Assembly (NCBI GenBank): GCA_040954595.2
Contig: CM082592.2
Coordinates: 8,357,677 to 8,421,676, forward strand
Length of the DNA stretch: 64,000 bases
DNA from: Balanoglossus misakiensis
Lineage: Eukaryota > Animalia > Hemichordata
Direction: 5' to 3'
Positions 24,604-63,690 of this stretch are shown here, piece after piece (position 1 is the first letter of the stretch; each line of letters begins with the position of its first letter). Under the pieces are notes generated by a model that was not told the DNA's origin, ran no database searches, and saw only the letters and a program-made list of their open reading frames with translations. The translations under genes and the position numbers were made by a program.

Positions 24604-25905
24604 GATCCCTCGCGTCTGGTCAGGTCACTTTCAGGTTGTGATTCATTGTGTGAGTGTCACAGGTACTTAACATAACGTCGAGTTTGAACTTTCGCCAAGT
24701 GATTGTGGACAACTCTGCTGCTTTTTCGACAGTCTAAGACCTGCCCGTATCAGTGATGACCGATGACTTCAAAATATCAACTCAGAAAAACAATGGATAC
24801 CTCAAACAGAATTCTATCTGCTGCAGCCACGTGTATTGCCAAGTGACCCCTATGAACACGACGCGAACTTTGAACTTTGAACCTGGGAGTTTCAAGGAGA
24901 AAATGTATGAAACAATCAGCAGTGAAAATTTCAGGCACTGTTTGCATAACCCAAAAATATACTTGTAACGTTATAGCCTGAGGTAATACGTACGAGAGTC
25001 ATCTTGTCAGAAATTCTAAACATTAAAACATTACATGCTGGTCATGTGGGGTTGGAATTTGAATTCAACGTCGGCAATCACATCTCAGAGAATTTAACTT
25101 CTGGACACAATTTGAAGTAGAAATGTCTGTATTGCTTGAAAGTAAAGGAGCATTGGGCTTGTATGTTTACAAGAAAAGGACCGTATGTTGTCTATTAACT
25201 GGTATGTATAATAGACGTTAAACTGTATATGTTATACCGGAACTTGTGGGGATATAGGATTTCCTGCTTGTTGTTAGAACATAGTTCTCTTGGGCAAAAC
25301 TTCATCAAACAATAGATTTTTAACAGGGAAGTAGACGTTCTATAATCACACAGAATGTGTGGACATTGATATTTCAGGTATTTTCCTTACGTCATTAAAA
25401 TTGTATTTTTATCGAGATTAAATAGTCAATATTGTGATCACCAGTTTACCTCTGTGGGGAGATTTAAAATCAGACAAGCTACAAATTTTCTTGATTCTTT
25501 TACAGACAAAAATACCTCTCTATCTTTAGTTTTGACCTCGATTACAGGTATATTCAAGACTTTGTTGTGAGTTTGTGGTGTCTTGTGTGAGCATATAGTG
25601 TCAAACCTTTCAATGTGGTGGAATTGTCTATATATCTTAAAATGGTGTAGTCATAGACAGAAAAATATTTTTAACACATATTATTATGAATCGCTAATTA
25701 TTTCAGGTGTTTTTTGGTTGGGGTTGTGCTACCAATATCATGGAAAACATAATGGCTTTTCTGACCCAGTTAATGTTGTGTTCGCATATACAAACCACCA
25801 TGGCCAAAAGAAAAACCCCTTTTTACATATGAACTCCGAGACTGCAACCTTCATTCAGATCAACATTGACTTATGCGTGTATACCCATAGGTCATCTATA
25901 ACCTT

Positions 25906-25955
25906 ACCATAGAAAACAATGGGTTTGGACTGAACCATGGTGGTGAAAGGGTTAG
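25906..25955 (+). repeat. Fragment of a dispersed repeat related to the element at 55728-55812
   Basis: ACCATAGAAAACAATGGGTTTGGACTGAACCATGGTGGTGAAAGGGTTAG closely matches ACCACAGAAAACAATGGATGTGGATTAAACCATGGTGGTGAAAGGGTTAG near 55767-55816. Confidence 0.7.
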
Positions 25956-27681
25956 AAACCTAAGGACTGTACGTGTGAGACACTGTACTGTCCATATATT
26001 ATTGCTTTGTTCTCCTTGTGAATAATTTGATGTCTTCACAAATGCAGCTGATGTTATTCCTAACGCGTACATAGATATAATATAATAAGATGTTTTATTT
26101 TACTTGTCTTCTTATATCAGAGAAATATTTTTCTACTGTTAACATTGACAGTAATTGCAGAGGTGTTGTGAAAATTAAATTGAAGCTCTTTGTAAAATAT
26201 AGAATTACTCCATGTATACAGAATATTCCTTTGCTTGGACTATTTCTCTGCCTCCTACCCCAGGCAAATACCAAAAATACTATCAGGATTTCAGTAAAAG
26301 TAGGAAAATCAATATATTTTTCAAGAAATGTTGGATCGTATTGGCTATGACCGGAATTTACAGCAGTACAGATGCAGCTGACACAAAGCATTTTTTTCTT
26401 GTGTAGTAAACATAGTTTGCTGGGAGGCAGAAATTTCTGGAGGCATAAAAGAACATTATTGCTAGGGTAGATTAACTGTCAGAATTAATTCTTGTTGACT
26501 AGGACTGATAATTCTGTTTTTATCAAGTGCGTATTTGTGATACCCTTTTTTTTTACTAGAATGTACACCCATCAGCACATGTAGCTCTCTGTATATTTTG
26601 TTGTCATATGTAAAGATTTTAAAATGACAATTATTTGTGGGAACCATGAAGATGGCTGACTCCCCCCCCCCCCCCCTATTCATATTGCTATCAAATGGCC
26701 TCAGTAGAATTAATTTTTGTTTCGCCTTTGTTCAGTACTGCCGTAATCAGGTAACCACTATGTGCTTTTATTCTTATCACAGATTAATGAAAGCAAAGTG
26801 CCTTTAATTATTGCGGTGATATAAATGCCAAATGTACACCCATCTTGCATTTGATGTTTAATTTAATAAAGATATTCCAAGTGTGAATGATGTGAAAAAT
26901 TAAATGGCAATCGTTTGTCTTTTATTTGGTGTACTTGTGTGATGGCTGTGTCCTATTGTTGGTGTGGTGTTTGAGTGGTTGATGTGTTCCCTGAAAGTGC
27001 ATAGATTTTTTTCGACAAGTGCAATGATCCATTTCTCCCACGCTTTTGGAGAAGTCATAGTTCACCAACCCATTTACCACATGTAGGTCATATTTGCTCC
27101 TGGCATATTTTTTATAGGCCGGAGGCCAAAGTACATTTCTTGTGTCTATAATCATGGCGGATCCATACAACTTCAGTCACGTGAGGGCACAAACAAAAGA
27201 CTTTTCGTTTTGGCCATAGGGGCGCCCTCACGGATCCGCGGTCATTTCAAAATGGCGCATTCCTGAAAGATTGAACTGGTGTCTCTACCTGATCTTCTGG
27301 CGTTAGACGTAAGTAGCTAAATCACAGGGTATCGTATTTGTCTGTACTAACGGCAGAAATAATGCAAATGTCAAATTTTAAAATTCATACACAGAATTTA
27401 ACTTGCAGATTCGAAGCACAGTGAAATGAGGTGTTTTGTTTTGATAGAGAACATGTAATCATGGAGTTGTGATACTACAGTCCTAAAGAAGCCACACCCT
27501 CCCTAGTAATTTAATAATTAAAAGTTATCAGCCCAGATTGGGAAAACAATCAAAAGTCAGGATTTGTGGGTGCATTGTTATGCAAATATAGCCATTACTA
27601 TAATATAATTTCCTGTATTTGTAAGTGCGAAATTGGTGAAAAATATTTCATATTGAATGTCATTTTTTTTTCAGATCCATA

Positions 27682-29210
27682 ATGTCACTGGTTACTCTTC
27701 AAATAGGACAGTGTGGAAACCAGATTGGCGGTGAACTGTTCGCCACACTGCTGGAAGATGCAAACGCCAAGATATCTAACTTTCCCAAGTCGGAAAATGC
27801 CGCCTACAGCGAGGAGGTGCTGGAAAGATTCTTCTACCGCCATGATGCGGCCAAAGACGACAGACCCCCGAGCGCCCGGGCGGTCATGGTTGACATGGAA
27901 CCGAAGGTCATCGCGCAAACCATGCAGGATGCCAAGAGAGGCGGCAAGTGGTGCTATCCAAAGGATCAGCAGTTCTGCCAGAAGAGGGGTTCCGGGAACA
28001 ATTGGGCGCACGGCTACTGCGTGCACGGCCCCAGGGCGCGGGACGCGGTCGGGGACATGGTGCGGAAGGAGGCCGAGAAATGCGACCGTCTCTCCGGCTT
28101 TCTGACTTTCATGAGCCTCGCCGGCGGCACGGGATCGGGCGTGGGCGCGTACGTGACCGAGCAACTGCGCGACGATTTCCCGCACTCCTTCATTTTGAAC
28201 CAAGTCGTCTGGCCGTACAACACGGGCGAGGTCATCGTCCAGAACTACAACGCCGTGCTCACCCTGTCGCACCTGTGTCAGGCGTCCGACGCCCTCCTGA
28301 TCCTGGAGAACGACCAGCTGCACAAGATCTGCTCCCAGCTCATGAACATCAAGAACACCTCCTTCAAGGACATCAACAGAGTCATCGCTCACAAACTGGC
28401 CAGCGTACTGCAGCCGGCAACACCTCTGCAGCAGCAGCAACCTCCCCACCATCCCCGCGCCAACCATCTGGGTGAGATGTTGACCTCCCTTGTCCCCCAC
28501 CCAGAGTATAAACTGTTGACGTTGAAGAACATCCCCCAGATGTCCGAGAAATCATTAGCCTTCAGCACATTCGCCTGGCCAGGACTTCTCAAACACCTTC
28601 GGCAAATGCTGATAGCAAATGCTGCAATGGAAGAAGGTATGTCTGTACTTGAAAACATCTGAAGTATCAGGAGGTGTAGTTGTATTTGTGGTGTTGCGGG
28701 CTCATTTCTGTGAAAAGGATGAATTTGAGGCTTTCCTTAGCTGTATTCTTGTGATACTGACACAATCCACTGTCGCTTCTTTCACACCTAACAGGCATCA
28801 ACTGGCAAGTAAGACTGAGGTCCGGTCGCGGAGCACACAACCAGTTCACCAGGGACGGTTACAACAAATCGCTGGCCAGTCTCCTGGTGCTCCGAGGTCA
28901 GGAGGTCAACTCGGCGAATACCAGCGCTTTCAAAGATCCCAACCTGTACGCATCATGGCTGCCAACCGATGCAGCATGCTCAGTCTGGGTCCAACCGAGG
29001 CCCTTCAACCTGTATGAGAAGTCCGCCTCGTTGCTGAGCAACAGCCAATCGCCGGTGGTGCCCCTGAACTCGGTAGTCGGGAAGGCGTGGAATATGTTTG
29101 CGTCCAGAGCGTATGTGCACCAGTATCTTAAGTACGGACTCAGTGAAGAAGATTTTGTGGACAGTTTTGCTGGATTAGAACAAATTATCGCCAGTTACTC
29201 TGAACTCTAA
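27682..29210 (+). CDS. TUBD1: Tubulin delta chain (456 aa)
   Basis: Exons 27682-28636 and 28795-29210 (phase 1). [16 protein letters not shown] start, [23 protein letters not shown], delta-type [42 protein letters not shown]; no acidic C-terminal tail. A probable non-coding first exon ends at the GTAAGT donor at 27309. Confidence 0.96.
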
Positions 29211-30206
29211 CAAACACCACCTCCCAGACTGTGGCCTGTCTGTGGCTGACCATTTTGTTTCTTCATTTTTTCTCTTGGATTGTTCCTTCACCTTTTGTCA
29301 GCCAGAAATAAATGAAATTGTAACACATGTATTCTGTGCAGAACTATGATTTGTCAAAAATGCCATTTGGCTCAATTTTTATCAAGAACAAAGTCGGTTG
29401 GACATGGGAATTGAAGTGCGCCCTCGACGGCAGAACTGTATCAGATTTTGGGGCCGGGCAGAGAACTTTTTTTGATTTAGGAACACGCTGTACGATATGT
29501 CAAAATATGTCAAAGAACGTCTGCTTCGATTATGAATAACACTCTTTTACTACCAGAGGTGAAAAGGTCAAGAAGGGACAAACCCAATAGTTCAAGTTGG
29601 ATGTCCTTTCTATAGTTCAAAATGTCAAGTTTTTCTGACATTGTTTAAAAATGGAATGATTTGCGATTTGCTAAGATGCATTTCTATGCCAACCAGACAT
29701 GTTACAAAAACAGCTGCTCATATGTTCCCATTTGTACACAAACAAATGGTGAGGTTAGTTCTTTTTTCTTTCTTTTAACCCTTGGAGGAAGAGACTACAG
29801 ACAGAAGTTCACAAATGAAAGATGGCCTTGCATAAATTCAAACAAAACACCATGCAACATCGTTAGAGATTTATGTCAAGTACTGGTCCTGGGTATATGC
29901 AATGAAATAAACGTCAACATTTTGATTGAAAGTTGCCTGTTCAGTAAATAAATATTTGAAGGTTGTGACATTTACACTTTAACAGAAATGACCACATAAA
30001 TAAATGCTAAAGAAAGGAAGTACTGATAGGAGAATTTCAAAAAATGCGAACAATGCACTAAATAGTAGGCCCGACAGAAATATCTCTGTTTGTGGAATTA
30101 TTAATAAACACCTTTCCTAATTACATTGCACAAAGTTTGAATTATTTTTGGAAGGTTAGAGGGTCTTACGCGGTCCAAGAGGAAGAAAAGGGGGACTCCT
30201 ACGAAG

Positions 30207-30287
30207 TGACGTCATCCTAATAAGGAACCCTGATTTCCTTATTTGGTGAATTAATTGTAATGCACATGCGCACTGAGTATATAAATA
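30207..30287 (+). promoter_or_regulatory. NF1 proximal promoter: full CRE palindrome, NRF1-like site, TATA-like box
   Basis: TGACGTCA 30207-30214; TGCACATGCGCA 30261-30272; TATATAAATA 30278-30287; ATG at 30361. Confidence 0.55.
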
Positions 30288-30360
30288 AAACCTACGGGGA
30301 AAGTGTCATGGCTGCCATCCTGTTCTAGTGTCTCCGAGGAGTACGTTCAAAACTCGCGAA

Positions 30361-56431
<26,071 letters not shown>

Positions 56432-59400
56432 AAGTCGCCGGCCCGGGGTCAAAGGTGAAACGCGCCGTTTTTAACTGAGGATCTCTGTCCCATACGTGTG
56501 GATATGTAAATGAAGTGTTCCTGCGCTATGTGCAGCGTTGAAAGTTGAAAGGTCACGGGGAGGTTAAATGGATGATGGCCAGTGGATGAAAAAACTTTGT
56601 ACAGCCTGTTGCCAAGGTTACAGTAGACAGGAGGAGAAAGGGAGGAGGTTGTAAAGAATTTTAAACTCAAACGGTTTGAGTTGTAAAATATGCCAGTTGT
56701 TGGTGAGACACTTGGCATGCTGAACAAAATTTGTACAGATATTATTATCATGTAAATGCAAAAGGTTAACTTGACTTTCTGTATAGTGTGCAATGTGTCA
56801 AGCACAATTCTGTTGTAAATTTTATCTTTCGGAAATATGGGGATGGAAAATGCATACTTTGTACATTAATTATTTGGCTCCTAAGCCACCATCCCCAATT
56901 GCTTTGTCAATTTTTCACGTCGTATATTTTTTATTCTTTTCTTTCTACATATCAGTACCACTTTCTAGTCAGTGCCCACCCTGATTATTGAGTGTAACTA
57001 CCCCTCCAAGCGAAATGATCCAGTCCAGTGTCAGTAGTTTTCCATAATAACATTTACATGGTTGTACATCTCAGCGCATCATTTCATATGATGGCCAAAA
57101 CGTGCGATAAAAAAGTGAAACAATTCCTTCTGTGAAAAAAAATATGTCTAAAATAAATCTAGTAAACTATGGTGTATAACAAAGTATGTGTTTTCCATGA
57201 TGAAATAAATTAAATCAACGATTGTCATGTTTTTTCATTTAAAGTACCTGAATGTGTCTATAGGTATTGCATACAAAGGCATCTATTACACTGTAAAAAA
57301 AAGATGGCTGCCAATATGTCAAAGGTCATAGTGTAAAGGTCACCATAGCTGTGTGTTAGGATACTTGCTAAGGTCAGTATCTTGGTGAAAGACAAGTAAG
57401 AGCATGATGACCGAGCTGAGGTCAAATTTGCAAAAATCAAGTAGCATGGACCTTAATGTGTGTTGGTTTGGTCGGTGAATTGGTAGTAAAACATGAAAGT
57501 TATTTAAATACACATGGTTTTATACTAAAAAAAAATTATAAGTGTTGGCAAAATATCCCAATTTTATGAAAACAAACTACAATAAAAGTGTGAGACTGGA
57601 AGTGAAATCAGAAGTGAAATTTGTCATTTTGTGATGTAAAATGGGTCTTTGTTACAGAGTAAAACATACTTCTGATTATTCAGTGTTCACGTCAGAGAAA
57701 TCTGCCATTTATGGAAAACCAATCGGGACATGAACGTGACATAGCCTTCTGGTCCAAACAAGATTAAAAGTAATGAAATAATTTTGTAAAAATATTGTAA
57801 AGATGTTGATTTTGCCGATTGGTTTCCTTGACAATGCTCACCGCACAAATTGTTCAATGCTTCAAGATTAAAGCAATGTAGGCTTCGTGCTATAATTTCT
57901 CACTTTTTCCATGCAAGATCCCATGGTAACCAAAAATTTCACTTAAATTAATTAATATGCAAATTACCCAAACATTTGGCATCATGTCCTAAGTCAGAGG
58001 TCATTACGAACTCTTGAATCATGCTAGTTATTAATTACCATGTGTTCATTTCACATTTATGTGTTAAAATTAAAATGAAATCTGTGACATTTATGTGCAA
58101 TACAGTTTTTAAAAAAAATGTTCTGAAATGTATATGTGCACATTTTTTTTGCCGAATCTTTTTTAAACAAAAAATTAGGAACCCTTATGGAGAGAACGTT
58201 TTATATGTGGTTTACACCTTTTTTTTTAAATGATTTTAACAAGCAAAGATTTCATCATTTTAGGAAGTGTCATGACAGTATGTAGTGAAAAAAACCCTCA
58301 CAAACATTGCTTTGTAGCCTGTATCAGTGCACTAGCTGCCAGTGTTAACAGAACTTAGAAACCTCAAAAAGTGATTTCTTCCTACATTCTTGTTTAACAT
58401 GGCACTTGACTTCTTAACTGCCGACCTCTGACCCAACTGCAGTGGATTGAATGCCATCAAAGGGAACCTCTGAACAACTCGGACTGGGACAGAACCCGAA
58501 AACAAAATATTGTGTATGTGTTATCTATAATGTACCAAACGAGATTTTTCCCTAATATTGTGTTGTCAGTTTGCACTGTACATGTACATGGACCATCATT
58601 TGGGGTTATTGGTTAACTTGCACGGTGGCTCATTATATAAAAATAGCGAGATCATCAACTGATATCATGATGGCGAGTTGTCTATCGTGAGCGTGCGACT
58701 CTGAAATGCAGAATATCTGATCATAGAACTAAGTTGCATGGCCACAGGTACTGAGTCAATGGTCACATTCAATGGTATGTTCCTTGCATTTGTTGATCAT
58801 TATTGAAGGGTGAATGGAAATCATTTTATGTGATGCGAATTGTAGAGATGATGAAAACTCCAGATATCCACTTGATGTATTTATTTGTAATTACAGCCAG
58901 TTGACTTTGTTTTAGTCGACTCTTGCATTTTGGGAGATTTTTTGGTCAGTTAGGGGGTCTTTTGTTGTAGATGGTACCTGATAATGTCGTTTTACCAGGT
59001 CACCAGGGGTCAGGGTTCAAAGGCTAAATGCCCAAGTGCGTATAACTGTTTTCAGATGCCATCATGGAGGTTTTAAGTCTGCATAGAATGTGACCACAAT
59101 TTAGGAATTTTAAGTAATGATAATTTAAGATGTGTTTCTGAGCAATGTTAAGAAGCTACCCGTCCACAAGGGGGGAATGAGTAATTATATTAATTTTGAA
59201 CCATCACACATCGCAAACGAAAGATTTGTTTTGTTAATTAGCTTTGCAGTATCACTCTAGTGCACAGCCATTAAAGGTATGCTATATTTACATTTTGAAT
59301 GGTGCAGTTCAAAAATAAAAAATGGGGGGGGGGGGAGACTTTGTCGTTCATTGATTTCAAAGAAGGGAGCAAGTTTTTTGTTTCCATCATAGTAAATAAA

Positions 59401-60290
59401 ACTTATGACATTGTAAACAAAAAAGTTGGCATCAATTTGTGCCACTGAAAGACCCTTTGCACTAAATTTTCATTTGAACGAGAATGTGTACCGGTGTTTT
59501 TAAAGTTGGTAGAAATTTTTCAACTCCCAAATTTACATGTGTAACGTTTTGTCAAAAGGTACGTCCCTGCCTGGGTATTTACAAGTCATTGGTGATAAAC
59601 AATCATGAATCATTGTAAACCACTGAATTTTTATTTTTTATTTTAACAGAGAAAATAAAGCACAAGCATTGAACACGACTGCATGCATGCCAAAAAATAT
59701 TTGTAGAAACGCACATTAGATATTTAGATTGGCTTTTTGGTTACACCTCCTCTTACACGTACTTCATCTAATGTTTTCTAAAATGGCGGTTTACTTGGTC
59801 CCTGTTACTGAAAAAGTGTTATTGGGCTAGTTTCCATGACAACAAACTTAACAGCTAACATTCAGAAAAAAAAAATGTGAATCTGTAGGTACGGTATGAG
59901 TTTCAAGGAATGGTCACTGTTAGTGTCAAACAGTTATCAACATTTCCCCCAGTTGTAAAATTTCACTTTTTTGTAAATAGTTGTGTTTTTCTTCTCAGAA
60001 TTTCATATTATGTAGGAAGAACCAGGGGAAAAAAAGTTATTTTCCACAGGATTTTGCTTGGAAAAAAAATTTCAACTGCTAGACTGGATGAGCAAACTTT
60101 GTCCTCCTGTATTTACAGTCTGGTAGCTTCTTTATTTTTTCAAAAGCAATGTACAGACTGTGATTGTCTTTAACTTTGTAAAGTTTTATTTTGCAAGAAA
60201 TGCAGAAAAAAAAAAAAAACAGTTCAATATAGTGCTAAAGAAAATTGTCACAACCCAACAACACAGAATTTCACCATGGTATAGTAGATC

Positions 60291-60320
60291 TATATATATA
60301 TATACATATATATATATATA
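60291..60320. repeat. (TA)n microsatellite
   Basis: TA run with one CA interruption. Confidence 0.9.
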
Positions 60321-61096
60321 ATGAGATAAGGTCTATGCCACTGCTTTGGGTATCGCAGAAGTCTTTTGGTGCAGTGGAGTCGAGTCGCTCATTTTCTCTC
60401 TGTTTGTATGTGTGTGCTTTCTAAAGCTGCGCCTGTACAAAAAAGGGCCTGGTTTTTACGTTGAGACGCCGTCTGTGTTTTTCATTGGCAGATACTTTAT
60501 GTTAAGTAAAATCACTCTGAGTTTTCTAATGGCACTGTATCATTCGTCTCTTTCTTTCTATCGTTTCTGGTACCTTCCGTGTGTTGGGATTTTCCAAAGT
60601 GTGGGGCGCCCTCAACAAACAGACGTCACAAAACTCTTGTTTGACTTCAGTACCGTGATACATGTCGGGGAGGGAGGGGCACGTATTACATTTGCAAATC
60701 CTGCAAATTAGGAGTGGACCATATGATATGAGGGGGGGGCTTGAAGTTTATCGAGGAAATATGTTGCAGTAAAAAAGATTTGCTTCCAGGAAGGCCAAAA
60801 ATCACTGTGATGCATTTCACCAACTTAAGATACCTGGAGCAGTACACTTTCTCCAGAGCGAGAGATATAGCTACTTCCACGAGCTACTTCAACCTGTTCC
60901 ACGTACGTTCGCGTCGTTCGAACAACAAGAGAAGTTTGGAATGAAGTAGAACTCGAGACACAAACCGCCATCGAATGTGCGCAATGGAACCATACCCTGC
61001 ATTCCAAAAAAAACGGCACATCTCTAAAAAAAATTACGCACATCTGCCCAAGACAATTTGGGCGTCTACAGATCAGCGGACCGTGACCAATAAACC

Positions 61097-61723
61097 ATGA
61101 ATAAATTACTGGTATCGATCACTGTCGTAGCAGGTAAGGTCAAAGTGTTAAAATCTTTAGCTTTTATGTTTTCTCCGGGCAGTAAATAAATGACAGTATC
61201 TTCCAGAGGTAGAATACGATTTGCAGATAGTAGACAAGGAAATATGTGCGTAAGATTCTGTGGACTTTTAAAGTTTCAAAACCAAATTTATCTATAATCA
61301 GCACAATACTTTTTTTGTTTAGTTTACCTCTGCCTAGCATCAGCCCAGGCTCCGTGGCAAGCTCCAAATGCCGTGCCAGCGGCAGCCCCAGCAAATCCTG
61401 ATCCGGCCGGCGACGAAGCAGACAAGGACGCCACCGCCGGTGGTGAAAAGAAAACATACCGTACCCGTCTGTCGGACACTCCAAATATCCTCTCCCAGAG
61501 GATGGCAAATTCGGGAATAAGCCGCCTCGCTAATTGGAGAGATAAGTACAAGCGGAAAGGAGGGAAAGGTCGACGGGGCGGCGGCGGCGGCCAGGAGAAA
61601 ACCGAGGAAGAGAAGACGGCTCTCTTGAAGCAAGTCCTTAATAAACTGGACCACGAGGTAGAAGGCGAAAAGAAGAAGTCGAGAACGATGCAGTGTCGAG
61701 TTGTCTGCGATGAGGAATTGTGA
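61097..61723 (+). CDS. Uncharacterised small secretory-pathway protein (145 aa), C-terminal DEEL
   Basis: Exon 61097-61133 (accATG; CAG|GTAAGG donor) joins exon 61323-61723 (T-rich TTAG acceptor) in phase 1 to give MNKLLVSITVVAVYLCLASA-QAPWQAPNAVPAAAP...MQCRVVCDEEL*. AATAAA at 61784-61789. Confidence 0.75.
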
Positions 61724-62386
61724 TTCTACCATTCATTTACAACGGTCGTGGAAATCAAACATTGTGACCATTTGGGAAAAAACAATAAAAGTAAACAAAC
61801 TGTAAACCGACCAAGTGTGTGTATCTGTCCAACCCCAACACTGATTCATAAATTGGAATAAAGATGGTCAAAGTTCTACATGAAACGGATGACATCCCCA
61901 TTCATTCCAGAGCAAAGATATATGCTCATCAGATTCATTTCATAAGAAACCAGCTAACGTTGATTTGTGGTAATAGGCCTACTCAAACTCAATACTAAAC
62001 TCATGGTGACGATTTCTAGAGAAATGGTCGGAAACCACGACAGTAAACACCCTGTTTTCTCGTCTCTTTTTATGTGAAAAGAGCAAAGATTTAATTTGAA
62101 AAGAATGGAGGCCCTGGGCTATTATTTTTCTGAAAACCTGTCCCGAGGCGCATAATAAATGGAAATATGCTGATGATCGAAACCGAACGTGACATTCCAA
62201 AAGTTGGAACACAAACGGCGATGTTCCATGCCCGTGTTCTGTGGTTTCGCAATATTCTTCCAGACGCTGTTGTTCCACATTGTGCAGGGGGTGTTTCTCG
62301 TTGCCCGGCTTCAGAATCGAAGGTATTACCAGAACGATGTCCATCTACACTGGAAGAATATCTCTATCATCTAAAACGACAGAAGA

Positions 62387-63690
62387 ATGTTGTTCTCGAG
62401 ATCGACCGCAATCATATTGATCTTTCTAGGTGAGAAAATATAATCATCTCGCAAATGTTACTACCCAAGTGGTTATAGAGTAAAGTGATTGTGAATGTGA
62501 CTGTCAAATGCAAAAAAATTACAGCAGTGAGCTGTGGTAAAAATTTTCTTTGCGTTTTACTTTGTTAGTCTCTGTAGATTTGTACGGATTCGCACAGTTG
62601 GCGGATAATCGACCGGGGTATTCAAAAGGTGGTCAGGGACGAGGCCAACAGAATGGCGGTGGTGTTGGGAGGGGCGGTGGGTACGGCCAGAGACGCCAGG
62701 GACAGACCAACGGACAAGGAGGGGGATACGTGAGAGGCGACCCATCCCAGCAGAGACAACAGGGCCCGAGCAACGGACAAGGTGGGGGATATGCGAGAAG
62801 CAAGCCATTCCAGCAGGGCCAATCAACAGGTGGTGGGATGACCGTCAACACCGGAGGGCAACCCAACCAACAAAACCAGGGCGGGATGGGTGTCGGAGCC
62901 TCGAGACAGGGTGCGGGACAAGGGATGAAAGGCGCAGGAAACCACCGCAGTCAAGGAAAAATGGGAATGATGGGCGGCGCTGGAGGGAACGATCAAAGAA
63001 ACGGTGGGAGAAGCAACCAGCAGAGAGGTTGGGCAGTCGAGGGTGGAGCGACAGACGAACGACGCGGCCGCCCAAGTTTTGGACAGGTCGCCAAGCAACA
63101 GGATTACGGGAGTTATGGCACTATGAGCGTCGCACGGACCGGGAGCCGAGCGAGCCCTGGCGGAGAAGCGGTCGGTGGCCAAGCGGTCGGTAATCCACAG
63201 CCGGACATGTCGATCAGTAATCAAGTGCCTGCGGGTGACGACGCCCAAGGAATGATGAGAGATGGAGCACAGATGAGAAATGTTAGCCAGGGAGGGAACC
63301 CTGGTGGGCAGAAAAATGTCAATTCTCCAAATTTAGCTCATCGATACGACGTTGGTTCCCGTGCCCGCGACAAGGACTACGAAACCATCAAAACATTTCT
63401 GCGCAGACGACCAGACGTTCGACTCCACGACGAACTGCTGGATCGCTTCCACGAGAACGTCGAAGGGTATGATGCCTCCGATAAATATCCGTGAGTATTA
63501 CGTTTAAATTTAAGTACAGCACATATTTAAAATATATCCTATCCTATCCTGTCATGTCATGTCCTTATTCTTTGAACAGGTTCTGCGCCGATTTGCTCCG
63601 CCAGGGGACTTGTTATGACAAAGACACTCCGCCGAGCGAGAGGCGGCCAACCTGTGGGAGCAATGGTCAACTTTTCGAAAGCAGGTGCAG
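62387..63690 (+). CDS. Uncharacterised secreted Gly/Gln-rich protein with Kazal-like module; 3' end outside window
   Basis: Exons 62387-62429, 62569-63490 (alternative in-frame acceptor giving start 62578), 63580-63690 (or 63684), phase-consistent. Signal-like MLFSRSTAIILIFLVSVDLYGFAQLA, about 250 aa of G/Q/R/N low-complexity sequence, then FCADLLRQGTC..PTCGSNGQLFESRC, matching the Kazal pattern PxCGSxGxxY/FxxxC. Confidence 0.75.

Noticed and set aside
27685-28500. Long antisense ORFs over TUBD1 (271 aa), receptor exon 4 (231, 176 and 144 aa) and NF1 exons
   Set aside because: They are shadows of GC3-rich sense codons, which lack stops on the opposite strand; no independent motifs or splice signals.
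60346-61070. Short ORFs between the NF1 3' region and the orphan gene
   Set aside because: No frame stays open with a coherent product or splice pattern; probably promoter or 5' UTR of the orphan gene.
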